Position numbers and translations under genes: made by a program
Assembly (NCBI GenBank): GCA_036525815.1
Contig: DATCZQ010000184.1
Coordinates: 39,803 to 103,802, forward strand
DNA from: Yeosuana sp.
GTDB lineage: Bacteria; Bacteroidota; Bacteroidia; Flavobacteriales; Flavobacteriaceae
Direction: 5' to 3'
DNA: 64,000 bases
The notes under the pieces: generated by a model
What the model saw: only the letters and a program-made list of their open reading frames with translations
The model's database searches: none
Told to the model about the DNA's origin: nothing
Shown: positions 21,394 to 30,849 of the stretch, one piece after another
Layout: each line of letters opens with the position of its first letter
How positions within the stretch are numbered: position 1 is the stretch's first letter

Positions 21394-21420
21394 AGGATTA
21401 ATCATTAGACTATTACTAAC

Positions 21421-21451
21421 AAAGGGCTTCAAATATTGAATGCCCTTTTTT
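21421..21451 (+). terminator. intrinsic terminator ending the glycoside island
   Basis: AAAGGGC-TTCAA-ATA-TTGAA-T-GCCCTTT followed by a T tract. Confidence 0.8.
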
Positions 21452-21582
21452 ATATTATTAATAGTTTTCCAAAAAAATACATTATTCCTAATGAATAGTT
21501 CTTTTTAAATAACTTTTGATAATTTTTTTAAAAAAGTAATAGTTTTTACTAGTAGTATTAAATAAAAATATAATTTTACTGT

Positions 21583-21657
21583 ATGAATACATTGAAAAAT
21601 AAAATACGTCCTTCATCTCCCGGATTGCCCGTGCGTAGTAATCGCCGCCGCTTTTAG
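21583..21657 (+). CDS. putative arginine-rich leader peptide MNTLKNKIRPSSPGLPVRSNRRRF
   Basis: ATG at 21583 to TAG at 21657; 5 Arg codons, three of them tandem CGC just before the stop; 230 nt upstream of the arg operon; below the ORF-track length cutoff. Confidence 0.65.
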   Translation: MNTLKNKIRPSSPGLPVRSNRRRF

Positions 21658-21887
21658 TCTTTAGTTAGCTCAATCCATACGTAATTTTAATTTTTTTCAT
21701 CTTGTATAAACTAGCATTCATAACATTTCAAAATATAATTAGTAGGTCAATTAACCACTATTTTATGTGTTATATTTTTCCCCGTCGCCCGTAAGGGTGT
21801 TATTCGTTATTTGAATTAGGTGAGTCCAGTTCATTATCTCCAAAGGATTAATTTTAAATTTTAATAAAAAAATAATAGATACAATAC

Positions 21888-22505
21888 ATGGAAATTGTAA
21901 TTGCTGATAAATCACATAGTATGTACGCAGAGATTATTTGCGAAACCATTTCAGAATCTGCTGCAGTAAGAGGTACTGGTATCGCTAGGCGAACTCCGGA
22001 ATATATCATAACAAAAATGGAAAACGGCAATGCTGTTATTGCTTTAGATGGGGATACTTTCGCAGGTTTTTGTTATATAGAAAAATGGGGTCATGGCAAA
22101 TATGTTGCCAACTCTGGGTTAATTGTACATCCAAACTACAGAAATGCGGGTTTAGCAAAAAAAATTAAACATAAAATATTTGAACATTCAAGAACTAAAT
22201 TTCCGGACGCTAAAATTTTCAGTATTACGACCGGTTTAGCTGTTATGAAAATGAATACTGATTTAGGATATAAACCTGTTCCTTTTTCTGAATTAACAGA
22301 TGATCCTACGTTTTGGGATGGCTGTCAAACCTGTAAAAATTATGATGTGTTAACAAGAACGGAAAGAAAAATGTGTTTGTGTACAGGCATGTTATTTGAT
22401 TCAAAAGCAAAGGATATTAATGAAAAAAAACAAGTGAAGTCAAAAGTGTTTCAAAGATTGAAGCATATCAAAGAAACCATGTTTTTAAAAAAGGATAAGA
22501 AATGA
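21888..22505 (+). CDS. GNAT N-acyltransferase, putative N-acyl(acetyl/succinyl)glutamate synthase
   Basis: GNAT acyl-CoA motif SGLIVHPNYRNAGLAK; C-terminal CQTC and CLC; first gene of the arg operon, overlapping argG by 4 nt. Confidence 0.75.
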   Translation: MEIVIADKSHSMYAEIICETISESAAVRGTGIARRTPEYIITKMENGNAVIALDGDTFAGFCYIEKWGHGKYVANSGLIVHPNYRNAGLAKKIKHKIFEHSRTKFPDAKIFSITTGLAVMKMNTDLGYKPVPFSELTDDPTFWDGCQTCKNYDVLTRTERKMCLCTGMLFDSKAKDINEKKQVKSKVFQRLKHIKETMFLKKDKK

Positions 22506-23686
22506 TTTTAAAGAAAAAATTAGTAATAGCTTATAGTGGCGGTTTAGATACTTCTTATTGTGCAGTCAGTTTATCTAAACAATATGATGTACATGCAGTT
22601 AGCGTTAATACCGGTGGGTTTACGCAAAATGAAATTAATACAATTGAAGCAAATGCCTATAAAATGGGTGTTTCTACGTATAAAAATATTAATGCGGTGC
22701 CTTCATTTTATCAAAAAGTAATCAAGTATTTAGTTTTTGGCAATGTTTTAAAAAATAATACGTATCCCTTATCTGTAAGCGCTGAACGTATTATTCAGGC
22801 TATTGAAATAGTAGAATATGCGAAAAGCATTGATGCAGAATTTATTGCACATGGAAGTACCGGGGCCGGAAATGATCAGGTGCGTTTTGATATGATTTTT
22901 CAGACTTTGGCGCCAAAAATTCAAATAATTACGCCTATTCGTGATAAGAAATTATCCAGACAAGAAGAGATTGACTATTTAAAAGCTAATGGTATAGATA
23001 TGTCATGGGAAAAGGCGAAATACTCTGTTAATAAGGGACTGTGGGGAACGAGTGTTGGCGGACAGGAAACGTTGACTTCAGAAAAACCTTTGCCTAGTGA
23101 AGCCTATCCCTCCCAATTAAAAAATGAAGGAGAAGAAAAGGTAACACTTACGTTTGAAAAGGGAGAATTCCTGGCATTAAATGGTGTGAAAAGTGAACCC
23201 TATAAAAATATTGAATTATTAAATAAAATGGCTTCCGCTTTTGCCATAGGCAGAGATATTCATGTTGGAGACACCATTATTGGTATCAAGGGACGAGTTG
23301 GGTTTGAAGCCGCCGCGGCATTAATTACAATAAAAGCACATCATCTATTAGAAAAGCATACCTTAACAAAATGGCAATTGCAACATAAGGAGTATTTGGC
23401 TGGTTTTTATGGGATGCATTTACACGAAGGGCAGTATTTAGATCCTGTAATGCGAAATATTGAAGCATTCTTACAAAGTAGTCAAGACAAAGTTAGTGGT
23501 GATGTTACCGTAAGTTTAAAACCTTATCACTTTTCCTTAGATGGTATTGTCTCTAAGCATGATTTAATGAATGCTGAGTTTGGAAGTTATGGCGAAGAAA
23601 ATAAGGGCTGGACACCTGATGAAGCCAAAGGGTTTATAAAAATTATAGGAAATCAAAATAAAATCTATCAACAAGTAAACTCATAA
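22502..23686 (+). CDS. argG: argininosuccinate synthase
   Basis: AYSGGLDTS, HGSTGAGNDQVRF, IGIKGRVGFEA. Confidence 0.96.
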   Translation: MILKKKLVIAYSGGLDTSYCAVSLSKQYDVHAVSVNTGGFTQNEINTIEANAYKMGVSTYKNINAVPSFYQKVIKYLVFGNVLKNNTYPLSVSAERIIQAIEIVEYAKSIDAEFIAHGSTGAGNDQVRFDMIFQTLAPKIQIITPIRDKKLSRQEEIDYLKANGIDMSWEKAKYSVNKGLWGTSVGGQETLTSEKPLPSEAYPSQLKNEGEEKVTLTFEKGEFLALNGVKSEPYKNIELLNKMASAFAIGRDIHVGDTIIGIKGRVGFEAAAALITIKAHHLLEKHTLTKWQLQHKEYLAGFYGMHLHEGQYLDPVMRNIEAFLQSSQDKVSGDVTVSLKPYHFSLDGIVSKHDLMNAEFGSYGEENKGWTPDEAKGFIKIIGNQNKIYQQVNS

Positions 23687-23689
23687 ATT

Positions 23690-24667
23690 ATGATACAAGT
23701 TGGGATTATTGGAGGTGCCGGTTATACGGCTGGAGAACTGATTAGATTGCTGATGTTTCATAAAGAAACAGAAATTAATTTTGTTTACAGCACATCCAAT
23801 GCGGGAAACCTAATAAGTAAGGTACATCAAGATTTAGAAGGTAGTTTAAATTTAAAATTTTCGGGAAGTATAAATTCAAATGTAGATGTGTTGTTTTTAT
23901 GTTTAGGTCATGGAAATTCTATTAAGTTTTTAGAAGCAAATACCTTCTCAAAGAACACTAAAATTATTGATCTAGGGAACGATTTTAGATTATTAAAAGA
24001 TAAACAATTCGGTGATAAAACCTTTGTTTATGGTTTGCCTGAACTACAAAGAGACCTTATAAAAAAGGCTCATTACATTGCGAATCCAGGATGTTTTGCA
24101 ACGGCCATTCAATTGGCTTTATTACCCTTGGCAAAGCACAACTTAATTAAGAATGATGTTCATGTAAATGCCGTTACCGGGGCTACTGGCGCGGGTACTT
24201 CATTATCTGAAACAACTCATTTTTCTTGGAGAGACAATAATTTTTCATATTATAAGCCTTTTACGCATCAGCATCTGGGAGAAATCAATCAATCGGTGAA
24301 GCAATTACAAAATGCTTTCAATTCAGAAATTCTTTTTATGCCAAATAGGGGGAATTTTTCAAGAGGAATATTTGCCACAGTTTATACAGATTTTGAAGGA
24401 AGTGTTGAAGAAGCAAAGGCTTTGTATAAAACTTTTTATCAAGAAGCGAAGTTCACATTCGTATCAGATGAAGTATTGCATTTAAAGCAAGTGGTCAATA
24501 CCAATAAATGTTTAATCCATTTACATAAACATAATAATAAGCTTTTAATAACGAGTGTTATTGATAATTTATTAAAAGGAGCTTCTGGGCAAGCCATTCA
24601 AAATATGAATTTAATGTTTGGATTAAATGAATGTGAAGGATTACAATTAAAGGCCAATTATTTTTAA
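23690..24667 (+). CDS. argC: N-acyl-gamma-glutamyl-phosphate reductase
   Basis: GGAGYTAGEL, catalytic ANPGCFAT, TGATGAG, IDNLLKGASGQA. Confidence 0.95.
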   Translation: MIQVGIIGGAGYTAGELIRLLMFHKETEINFVYSTSNAGNLISKVHQDLEGSLNLKFSGSINSNVDVLFLCLGHGNSIKFLEANTFSKNTKIIDLGNDFRLLKDKQFGDKTFVYGLPELQRDLIKKAHYIANPGCFATAIQLALLPLAKHNLIKNDVHVNAVTGATGAGTSLSETTHFSWRDNNFSYYKPFTHQHLGEINQSVKQLQNAFNSEILFMPNRGNFSRGIFATVYTDFEGSVEEAKALYKTFYQEAKFTFVSDEVLHLKQVVNTNKCLIHLHKHNNKLLITSVIDNLLKGASGQAIQNMNLMFGLNECEGLQLKANYF

Positions 24668-24682
24668 ATAAAAAACGAATTA

Positions 24683-25477
24683 ATGAAAATAGCCATCATA
24701 GGAGCAGGAAATTTAGGAAAATCTATTGCTAAAGGATTGATAACAACTAATGCGATCACTACCTTATATCTTACCAGACGAAATGTTGACAGTATTAAGG
24801 ATTTTGAAGGGTATAAGAACATTGTTCTAACCTCAGATAATGCTGAAGCTGTTAAGAATTCAGATATTTTAATTTTTGCGGTACAGCCAGCACATTTAGA
24901 AAAAATACTGATCAATATAAAGCCATTATTACATGATAATCATGTCTTGATATCAACCATCACAGGATTTTCAATTTCTAGAATGGAAAATATTATAGGT
25001 GAAGATAAATTTGTGATCAGAGCCATGCCAAATACAGCGATTTCTGTTGGGAAATCAATGACTTGCTTGTGTAGTAATGAAAAAGGCAAAGGTCGTATAA
25101 AAATAGCAGAAGCCATTTTTAATAGATTAGGAACTTCCATTGAAATTCCAGAAGATAAAATGCAGGCCGCCACAGTTATTTGTGCCAGTGGTATTGCTTT
25201 TTGGATGCGTCTAATTAGGGCTACGACACAAGGCGCTATCCAATTAGGATTTGAGGCCAAAGAAGCTCAGGAATTGGCGATGCACACGTGTTATGGAGCC
25301 GCGAGCCTGCTAATACAATCTGGAAACCATCCAGAACAAGAAATAGATCGTGTTACTACACCAATGGGTTGCACTATAGAAGGATTAAATGAGATGGAGC
25401 ATCAAGGGTTAAGTTCATCACTTATTAAAGGTCTAATCACCTCTTTTGAAAAGATTAATCAAATTAAAAAAAATTAA
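24683..25477 (+). CDS. proC: pyrroline-5-carboxylate reductase
   Basis: IGAGNLG, RAMPN, VTTPMGCTIEGL. Confidence 0.93.
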   Translation: MKIAIIGAGNLGKSIAKGLITTNAITTLYLTRRNVDSIKDFEGYKNIVLTSDNAEAVKNSDILIFAVQPAHLEKILINIKPLLHDNHVLISTITGFSISRMENIIGEDKFVIRAMPNTAISVGKSMTCLCSNEKGKGRIKIAEAIFNRLGTSIEIPEDKMQAATVICASGIAFWMRLIRATTQGAIQLGFEAKEAQELAMHTCYGAASLLIQSGNHPEQEIDRVTTPMGCTIEGLNEMEHQGLSSSLIKGLITSFEKINQIKKN

Positions 25478-25478
25478 A

Positions 25479-26612
25479 ATGCCATTATTTGACGTTTACC
25501 CATTATACAATGTAACCCCAGTCAAAGGGAAAGATGTTTTTGTTTATGATGACAAAGGACTTGAATATTTAGACCTTTATGGAGGCCATGCCGTCATATC
25601 TATTGGTCATTCACATCCTAATTATGTAAAAGCCATCACAAACCAGGTATCCAACCTCGGGTTTTATTCCAATGCGATACAAAACCCAATACAGGTAGAG
25701 CTGGCAAACCGTTTGGAAGAGGTTTCAGGTTGTTCTGGTTATCAGTTATTTTTGTGTAATTCAGGGGCTGAAGCTAATGAAAATGCTTTAAAACTGGCGT
25801 CTTTTAAGACGAATAAAGCCCGCGTTATTGCTTTTAATAATGGGTTTCATGGAAGAACGTCTGCGGCAGTTGCGGCAACAGATAATCCATCAATTAATGC
25901 ACCAATTAACCTACAGCAAAAAGTAACCTTCTTAGCTTTGAACGATATTGAAGGTGTAAAGCGAGAATTAGAAAAGGATGATGTTTGCGCTGTTATTGTC
26001 GAGTTTATTCAAGGAGTAGGAGGATTAGATCAGGGAACGGCTGAGTTTTTTGAACAAGTGGATGGGTTATGTAAATTAAACAACACTTTTTTCATAGCCG
26101 ATGAAGTGCAGTCCGGATATGGGCGATCTGGAAAGTTTTTTGCCTTTCAGCATTATAAGGTAACACCTGATGTTATTTCAATAGCTAAAGGAATGGGTAA
26201 TGGATTTCCAGTTGGTGGCGTATTAATTCATCCAAGTATTGAGGCTAAATACGGTATGTTAGGAACCACTTTTGGAGGAAATCATTTGGCTTGTGCTGCC
26301 GGTTTGGCCGTTTTAAATACTATAGAAGACGAAAACTTGATAGAGAATGTTAATCAGGTTTCTGAGTATTTTATTTCTGAAGCAAAAAAGATTGAACAAA
26401 TAAAAAACATTAAAGGACGCGGTTTAATGATTGGATTGGAATTTGATTTTGAGGTGGCTGAGCTTCGAAAAAAATTGATTTATGAGCATCATATTTTTAC
26501 AGGAGGTGCTTCCAATAAAAAACTCATTAGAATATTGCCGCCTCTTACAGTGACAACAGCGCATATTGACACTTATTTTATGGCATTAAAATCAGCATTA
26601 TTAAATTTTTAA
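25479..26612 (+). CDS. argD: N-acylornithine aminotransferase (class III PLP)
   Basis: NSGAEANE, FHGRT, DEVQSGYGRSG, PLP lysine in SIAKG; ATG at 25479. Confidence 0.93.
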   Translation: MPLFDVYPLYNVTPVKGKDVFVYDDKGLEYLDLYGGHAVISIGHSHPNYVKAITNQVSNLGFYSNAIQNPIQVELANRLEEVSGCSGYQLFLCNSGAEANENALKLASFKTNKARVIAFNNGFHGRTSAAVAATDNPSINAPINLQQKVTFLALNDIEGVKRELEKDDVCAVIVEFIQGVGGLDQGTAEFFEQVDGLCKLNNTFFIADEVQSGYGRSGKFFAFQHYKVTPDVISIAKGMGNGFPVGGVLIHPSIEAKYGMLGTTFGGNHLACAAGLAVLNTIEDENLIENVNQVSEYFISEAKKIEQIKNIKGRGLMIGLEFDFEVAELRKKLIYEHHIFTGGASNKKLIRILPPLTVTTAHIDTYFMALKSALLNF

Positions 26613-26613
26613 A

Positions 26614-27552
26614 ATGAAAAACTTTAGTTCAATAAGTGATATAGAAGATATAAATGCTTGGATTGATGAGGCCAAGAGCCTAAAAGCTAACCCGTATTTA
26701 CATAAGAATTTAGGGAATAACAAGACTATTGGATTGTTCTTTTTTAATTCAAGTTTAAGGACCAGGTTAAGTACTCAAAAGGCGGCTTTAAATTTAGGAA
26801 TGAATACCATGGTTATGAATGTTTCTGGAGATGCATGGGGTATAGAGTTTGAAGACGGAACCATTATGAATGGCACAACTGCAGAGCACATAAAAGAAGC
26901 GGCAGCTGTAGTTTCTCAATATTGTGATATCATTGCAGTCAGGGCATTTCCAACATTAACTGATAAAGTAAAAGATGAAAGTGAATACGTTTTAAAAGCA
27001 TTTATGAAATATGCTACAGTTCCCGTAGTTAATATGGAGAGTGCAACTGGTCATCCATTACAAGGGTTTACAGATGCTATGACTATTTCAGAATATGCGC
27101 AATCAAAAAAGCCAAAAGTAGTTTTAAGTTGGGCGCCTCATGTGAAGTCATTACCACATGCAGTGGCCAATAGTTTTGTTCAGGCTATGCAAAAAATGGA
27201 GGTGGAATTTGTCATCACGCATCCCAAAGGGTATGAATTAAATCCTCAAATTGTTGGAGATACGCCTGTTGTTTATAATCAAGAAGAAGCTTTTAAAAAG
27301 GCTGATTTTGTATATGTAAAAAACTGGAGCAGTTATAAAGATTATGGAAAAGTGTTGAATACAGATCCAAAATGGATGATTACCCAAAATAAATTAGGTC
27401 ATGCGAAATTTATGCATTGCCTGCCTGTTAGGCGTAACCTCATAGTTGAAGATGCTGTTTTAGATAGTAAAAATTCACTGGTTATTCAACAAGCAAATAA
27501 CAGAACCTTTGCAGCACAATTAGTGTTGAAAAAACTTTTAGAAAATGCCTAA
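26614..27552 (+). CDS. argF: N-acyl (probably N-succinyl) ornithine carbamoyltransferase, ArgF' type
   Basis: SSLRT instead of the classical STRT, GHPLQ, HCLP; Bacteroidetes/Xanthomonas acyl-OTCase pattern. Confidence 0.9.
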   Translation: MKNFSSISDIEDINAWIDEAKSLKANPYLHKNLGNNKTIGLFFFNSSLRTRLSTQKAALNLGMNTMVMNVSGDAWGIEFEDGTIMNGTTAEHIKEAAAVVSQYCDIIAVRAFPTLTDKVKDESEYVLKAFMKYATVPVVNMESATGHPLQGFTDAMTISEYAQSKKPKVVLSWAPHVKSLPHAVANSFVQAMQKMEVEFVITHPKGYELNPQIVGDTPVVYNQEEAFKKADFVYVKNWSSYKDYGKVLNTDPKWMITQNKLGHAKFMHCLPVRRNLIVEDAVLDSKNSLVIQQANNRTFAAQLVLKKLLENA

Positions 27553-28327
27553 AGAAAAATTATCGATAGTAAAAATTGGAGGGAATATCATTGAAGATGA
27601 TGTTTCATTAAAATCATTTCTTGACATTTTTTCAGCTTTGGAAGGCAAGAAAATTTTAGTTCATGGCGGCGGTAAACGAGCGACAAGTGTGGCATCTAAA
27701 TTAGGAATTGAATCGAAAATGGTCAATGGCAGAAGGATTACTGATGCTCAAACCTTAGAGATAATTACCATGGTTTACGGTGGTTTAGTCAATAAAAATA
27801 TAGTGGCCCAACTACAGGCTTTAAATATTGATGCTATTGGATTAACCGGTGCTGATGCAAATACTATTTATTCAGAAAAAAGACCTGTAAAAGATATTGA
27901 TTATGGTTTTGTTGGTGACGTAAAAAAAGTAAATCATCAATCAGTTGATAAATTAATTGAAGCTGGTTTTACGCCCGTTTTTTGTGCGATTACCCATGAT
28001 GGTCATGGACAGTTATTAAATACGAACGCCGATACCATTACTTCACAAGTGGCTGTGGGTATGAGCCAAATTTATGAAACGGCCATTTATTATTGTTTTG
28101 AATTGAATGGCGTTTTAAACGATATTAATGATAAAGATTCGGTTATCAAGCATATTAATTTGGCCAGTTATAGCACTTTGTTAAAAGAAGGTATTATTGC
28201 TGAAGGCATGCTTCCTAAACTTGAAAATTGTTTTGATGCCTTAAAAAATGGGGTTGGAACAATAAACATGGGTAATACCTCAATGCTCACAAAAGAAAAT
28301 GATAATTTTACAAGAATAACTTTATAA
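27545..28327 (+). CDS. argB: N-acylglutamate kinase
   Basis: VKIGG, VHGGGK, GRRITD, NTNAD, GMLPKL. Confidence 0.93.
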   Translation: MPKEKLSIVKIGGNIIEDDVSLKSFLDIFSALEGKKILVHGGGKRATSVASKLGIESKMVNGRRITDAQTLEIITMVYGGLVNKNIVAQLQALNIDAIGLTGADANTIYSEKRPVKDIDYGFVGDVKKVNHQSVDKLIEAGFTPVFCAITHDGHGQLLNTNADTITSQVAVGMSQIYETAIYYCFELNGVLNDINDKDSVIKHINLASYSTLLKEGIIAEGMLPKLENCFDALKNGVGTINMGNTSMLTKENDNFTRITL

Positions 28328-28328
28328 T

Positions 28329-29396
28329 ATGACGCTATCTGAATTAACCAATGATGCTATATTTCTATTAAAAGAGTTGATAGAAACCGAGTCGTTTTCG
28401 TCTGATGAAGACAAATCGGCATTGTTAATTGAAGATTGGTTTAAACGTTATAAGGTAGACTATAAAAGGACAAAAAATAATGTATGGGCAGTTAATAAAA
28501 ATTTTGATGAACGGAAACCAACCTTATTACTTAATTCTCATCATGATACGGTAAAACCAAATGCTGCCTACACTAAAGATCCATTTAAAGCCATTGTTGA
28601 AGACGGGAAATTATACGGTTTAGGCAGTAATGATGCGGGCGGATGTTTGGTGTCTTTAATAGCGTTGTTTACTTATTTTTATGATAAAATTGATTTAAAA
28701 TACAATCTTGTTATAGTGGCTTCAGCTGAAGAAGAAAGTAGCGGACCAGATGGACTAAACAGTATGCTGCCAATTATACCGAAAGTGGACGTAGCTATTG
28801 TAGGAGAACCAACCTTAATGAATTTGGCAATAGCTGAAAAAGGATTGGTAGTATTTGATGCCAAAGTAACTGGTACACCAAGTCATGCCGCACATCCAAA
28901 CGAAAATAATTGTATCTATAACACGATTAAAGTGTTACAATGGTTTAAGGACTTTAAGTTTGAAAAATCATCTGAAGTTTTGGGCGATGTTAAATTAACG
29001 GTGACGCAGATTAATGGAGGAACGCAGCATAATGTGGTGCCTGCAGAAGTTGATTTGGTAATTGATGTTCGCGTCAATGATAAATACACCAATAAAGAAG
29101 TTGCTGAAATATTGCAAAAGCTGGCACCTTGCAGCAGTATTACGCCACGAAGTTTAAGATTGAATTCATCATCAATTCCTGTTAATCACGAGTTGGTAAA
29201 AGCAGGAATAGCCATTGGCAGAAGTACCTATGGATCACCAACATTATCTGATCAGGCTGTTTTAACCTGTCCGTCCTTGAAATTAGGTCCAGGTGATAGT
29301 ACGCGCTCACATTCAGCTGATGAATTTATTTATATCAATGAAATTGAAGAAGGCATAAAAATTTATGTTGAATTGTTGAATCGAGTCATCGCATAA
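28329..29396 (+). CDS. argE: M20-family N-acyl-ornithine/citrulline deacylase
   Basis: NSHHDTV, GLGSNDAGG, AEEE, GEPT, HSADE; position inside the arg operon. Confidence 0.85.
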   Translation: MTLSELTNDAIFLLKELIETESFSSDEDKSALLIEDWFKRYKVDYKRTKNNVWAVNKNFDERKPTLLLNSHHDTVKPNAAYTKDPFKAIVEDGKLYGLGSNDAGGCLVSLIALFTYFYDKIDLKYNLVIVASAEEESSGPDGLNSMLPIIPKVDVAIVGEPTLMNLAIAEKGLVVFDAKVTGTPSHAAHPNENNCIYNTIKVLQWFKDFKFEKSSEVLGDVKLTVTQINGGTQHNVVPAEVDLVIDVRVNDKYTNKEVAEILQKLAPCSSITPRSLRLNSSSIPVNHELVKAGIAIGRSTYGSPTLSDQAVLTCPSLKLGPGDSTRSHSADEFIYINEIEEGIKIYVELLNRVIA

Positions 29397-29431
29397 ACAA
29401 CTCAACGAATAAACACATAAACATTAACGAA

Positions 29432-30706
29432 ATGAAACTCTGGGACAAAGGCATATCAATAGATAAAAGAATTGAACAATTTACTGTTGGAAATGACAGA
29501 GAGATTGATATTCATATCGCGAAGTACGATGTCATTGCATCCAGAGCGCATGCTAAAATGCTCAAGAAAATTGGGATTCTTACGGCAAATGAATTGGTAG
29601 AATTGCTAACGGGTTTAAAAAAACTTGAAGACCAAATAGATAACGGCACCTTTGTAATTGAGGCACAGTTTGAAGATGTACATTCTAAAATCGAGTTCGA
29701 GCTTACTAAAACCTTAGGAGATGTAGGGAAAAAAATCCATACAGCGCGTTCAAGAAACGATCAGGTTTTAGTGGCATTGCAATTATATTACAAAGAGAAT
29801 TTAGGCACTGTAAAACTCAAAACACAAAGCCTTTTTGAAACTCTTTTAGGATTAGCAGATAGGTATAAAGACAAAGTGCTGCCCGGATACACCCATCTTC
29901 AGGTGGCAATGCCATCATCATTTGGGTTGTGGTTTTCAGCCTATGCTGAGGTGCTGATCGATGATGTCTATTTATTAAATGCCGCTTTAAAAACAGTGGA
30001 TCAAAATCCATTAGGTTCTGCTGCCGGTTATGGAAGTTCCTTTCCTATAGATAGAGAATTGACTACCAAAGACATGAATTTTTCAACCCTAAAATACAAT
30101 GTGGTAGCGGCTCAAATGAGCCGAGGTAAAAGTGAACGCACCATTGCTGCAGGTTTAGGCGGTTTATGCAATACACTCTCACGTTTTGCCATGGATATAT
30201 GTTTGTATATGAGTCAGAATTTTGGGTTTATTTCTTTTCCAGATGAATTAACAACAGGTAGTAGTATTATGCCGCATAAAAAGAATCCGGATGTGTTTGA
30301 ATTGATTCGTGGTAAGTGCAACAAAATACAGGCTTTACAAACCGAAATGTTATTAATCACTAACAATTTACCAAGTGGTTACCACAGAGATTTTCAGTTG
30401 TTAAAGGAGAATATGATTGCTGCTTTTGAAGAGGTAAAAGACATTCTGGATATTTTTAATTACTCCATTCAACAAATTATCGTGAAAGATGTTGATGTTC
30501 ATAATGACTTATATAAATACCTTTTTACAGTAGATAATATAAATAGCTTGGTAGTTGAAGGCCAAAGTTTCAGAGAAGCCTATCAAAAAATTGGTGGACA
30601 AGTACAAGAGGGCACTTACAAACCTGATATCTCAAAAAAGCACACCCATGTAGGCAGTATTCATAACTTATGTTTAGATAAGATTAGGGCTAAGTTTCCA
30701 TTATAG
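29432..30706 (+). CDS. argH: argininosuccinate lyase
   Basis: HTARSRNDQ, PGYTHLQ, signature TGSSIMPHKKNPD. Confidence 0.97.
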   Translation: MKLWDKGISIDKRIEQFTVGNDREIDIHIAKYDVIASRAHAKMLKKIGILTANELVELLTGLKKLEDQIDNGTFVIEAQFEDVHSKIEFELTKTLGDVGKKIHTARSRNDQVLVALQLYYKENLGTVKLKTQSLFETLLGLADRYKDKVLPGYTHLQVAMPSSFGLWFSAYAEVLIDDVYLLNAALKTVDQNPLGSAAGYGSSFPIDRELTTKDMNFSTLKYNVVAAQMSRGKSERTIAAGLGGLCNTLSRFAMDICLYMSQNFGFISFPDELTTGSSIMPHKKNPDVFELIRGKCNKIQALQTEMLLITNNLPSGYHRDFQLLKENMIAAFEEVKDILDIFNYSIQQIIVKDVDVHNDLYKYLFTVDNINSLVVEGQSFREAYQKIGGQVQEGTYKPDISKKHTHVGSIHNLCLDKIRAKFPL

Positions 30707-30776
30707 TTAAGTTCTTTTTACTTTTTTTTTGTACAAAAAACAATAACTAGCCAACATTTTTTTTACTTATCACAAA

Positions 30777-30809
30777 TTTGTTATGTTAGAGATAATCCTT
30801 TTACCTTTG
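30777..30809 (+). promoter_or_regulatory. Bacteroidetes housekeeping-sigma promoter for the SET gene
   Basis: TTTG (30777-30780), 21-nt spacer, TACCTTTG (30802-30809). Confidence 0.75.
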
Positions 30810-30849
30810 ACTCATTCACATTTAAGAATTTTAAACTTTAAATAAACTA

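Noticed and set aside
30725-30740. Palindrome TTTTTTGTACAAAAAA after argH
   Set aside because: Low-complexity homopolymer arms, likely chance or a weak terminator in AT-rich DNA.
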